Both the position numbers and the translations under genes were made by a program. A DNA stretch of 64,000 nt from Clostridia bacterium (GTDB lineage Bacteria > Bacillota > Clostridia > Christensenellales > CAG-138), in assembly GCA_017438865.1 (NCBI GenBank), contig JAFRUN010000063.1, positions 85,949 to 149,948 of the forward strand. The letters are read 5' to 3'. The notes under the pieces are model-generated. The model was not told the DNA's origin. It saw only the letters and a program-made list of their open reading frames with translations, and did no database searches. Positions 63,593-64,000 of this stretch are shown here, piece after piece. Positions within the stretch are counted from its first letter, which is position 1. Each line of letters opens with the position of its first letter.

Positions 63593-63599
63593 TTCGACA
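63593..63599 (-). promoter_or_regulatory. Spo0A-box-like heptamer upstream of spoIIAA
   Basis: TTCGACA on the plus strand equals TGTCGAA (0A box TGNCGAA) on the minus strand, about 100 nt upstream of the spoIIAA ATG. Confidence 0.35.
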
Positions 63600-63696
63600 A
63601 AGGATGTCCGTAATCGTGAAAGCATGTCCGTTTTCGCAAAAGGATGCGGCGGGCTTGTGCCGTATTTATATTTGAACCGGAATCGGAGGTGATTAT

Positions 63697-64000
63697 ATGG
63701 AATTGAACGCACAAAAACGAGGTCCGCGGCTGTTTGTCCGGCTGTCCGGAGAACTGGATCATCACAGCGCGGAACAGACGAGGATCATGCTGGATACGCT
63801 TCTGAAGGACGTGACCGTCCGCGAGCTCGTGCTCGATCTTTCGGATATGTCGTTTATGGACAGCGCCGGTCTCGGCGTCATTCTGGGACGCTTCAGAAAG
63901 CTCTCGATGCGCGGCGGCAAGCTGATCGTAAAGGGCATGAATACGTCGGTCGACCGCATCTTTCAGATGTCCGGTCTGTATGCGATCGTCGAAAGACAGT
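63697..64000 (+). CDS. spoIIAA: Anti-sigma-F factor antagonist SpoIIAA (3' end runs off the window)
   Basis: My own translation from ATG 63697 (RBS GGAGGTG) gives MELNAQKRGPRLFVRLSGELDHHSA...LDLSDMSFMDSAGLGVILG. This is a STAS domain with the phosphorylatable Ser in FMDSAG. It is not in the ORF track because no stop is reached. Confidence 0.85.
   Translation, partial: MELNAQKRGPRLFVRLSGELDHHSAEQTRIMLDTLLKDVTVRELVLDLSDMSFMDSAGLGVILGRFRKLSMRGGKLIVKGMNTSVDRIFQMSGLYAIVERQ

Noticed and set aside
1-64000. CRISPR arrays, IS elements/transposases, integrases, prophage genes, restriction-modification or other recognisable defence systems, and rRNA genes
   Set aside because: I found no spaced direct-repeat array, no DDE, serine or tyrosine recombinase-like ORF, and no Cas-like or phage-like genes while reading both strands. 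The only repeats seen are the short regulatory ones reported above. A computational repeat search would be needed to exclude short or degenerate repeats.

Overview
This is a high-GC (about 60% by eye) chromosomal segment from a spore-forming Clostridia-type Firmicute. Taxon is inferred from spoIIID, spoIIP, gpr, spoIVA, spoIIAA, whiA and ECF-transporter gene context. Most of the window is densely packed housekeeping DNA: recD2/comFC, murI, ecfA1A2T-truA-tadA, tRNA-Ser, pfp, dnaE, asd-dapA-dapB, scpAB, rapZ-whiA and murB.

The main non-routine content:
- Two separate loci belong to the poorly understood labile-selenium (selenium-dependent molybdenum hydroxylase) trait. One is yedE-tusA-DUF3343 divergent from an EF2568-like cysteine desulfurase (4.0-6.8 kb). 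The other is an overlapping yqeC-yqeB-xdhC-selD operon (22.2-25.7 kb). No selA, selB, tRNA-Sec or hydroxylase gene is in view.
- The yedE/csd intergenic region has a symmetric regulatory layout: twin 24-bp palindromes, each carrying the -35 of one of two overlapping divergent promoters.
- A complete oxidative ornithine (Stickland) degradation operon lies between the two selenium loci.
- Two AT-rich islets are present. One has replaced the stop codon of rlmD, fusing it in frame to a conserved-hypothetical gene.
- There is a single-ORF NadD-YqeK-RsfS fusion.
- Two apparent pseudo-enzymes are present: a PBP5-like and a trypsin-like protein, both lacking catalytic residues.

I saw no CRISPR array, transposase, integrase or recognisable defence system. 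All product calls come from motif and family recognition by eye, with no database search, and start codons are best guesses.
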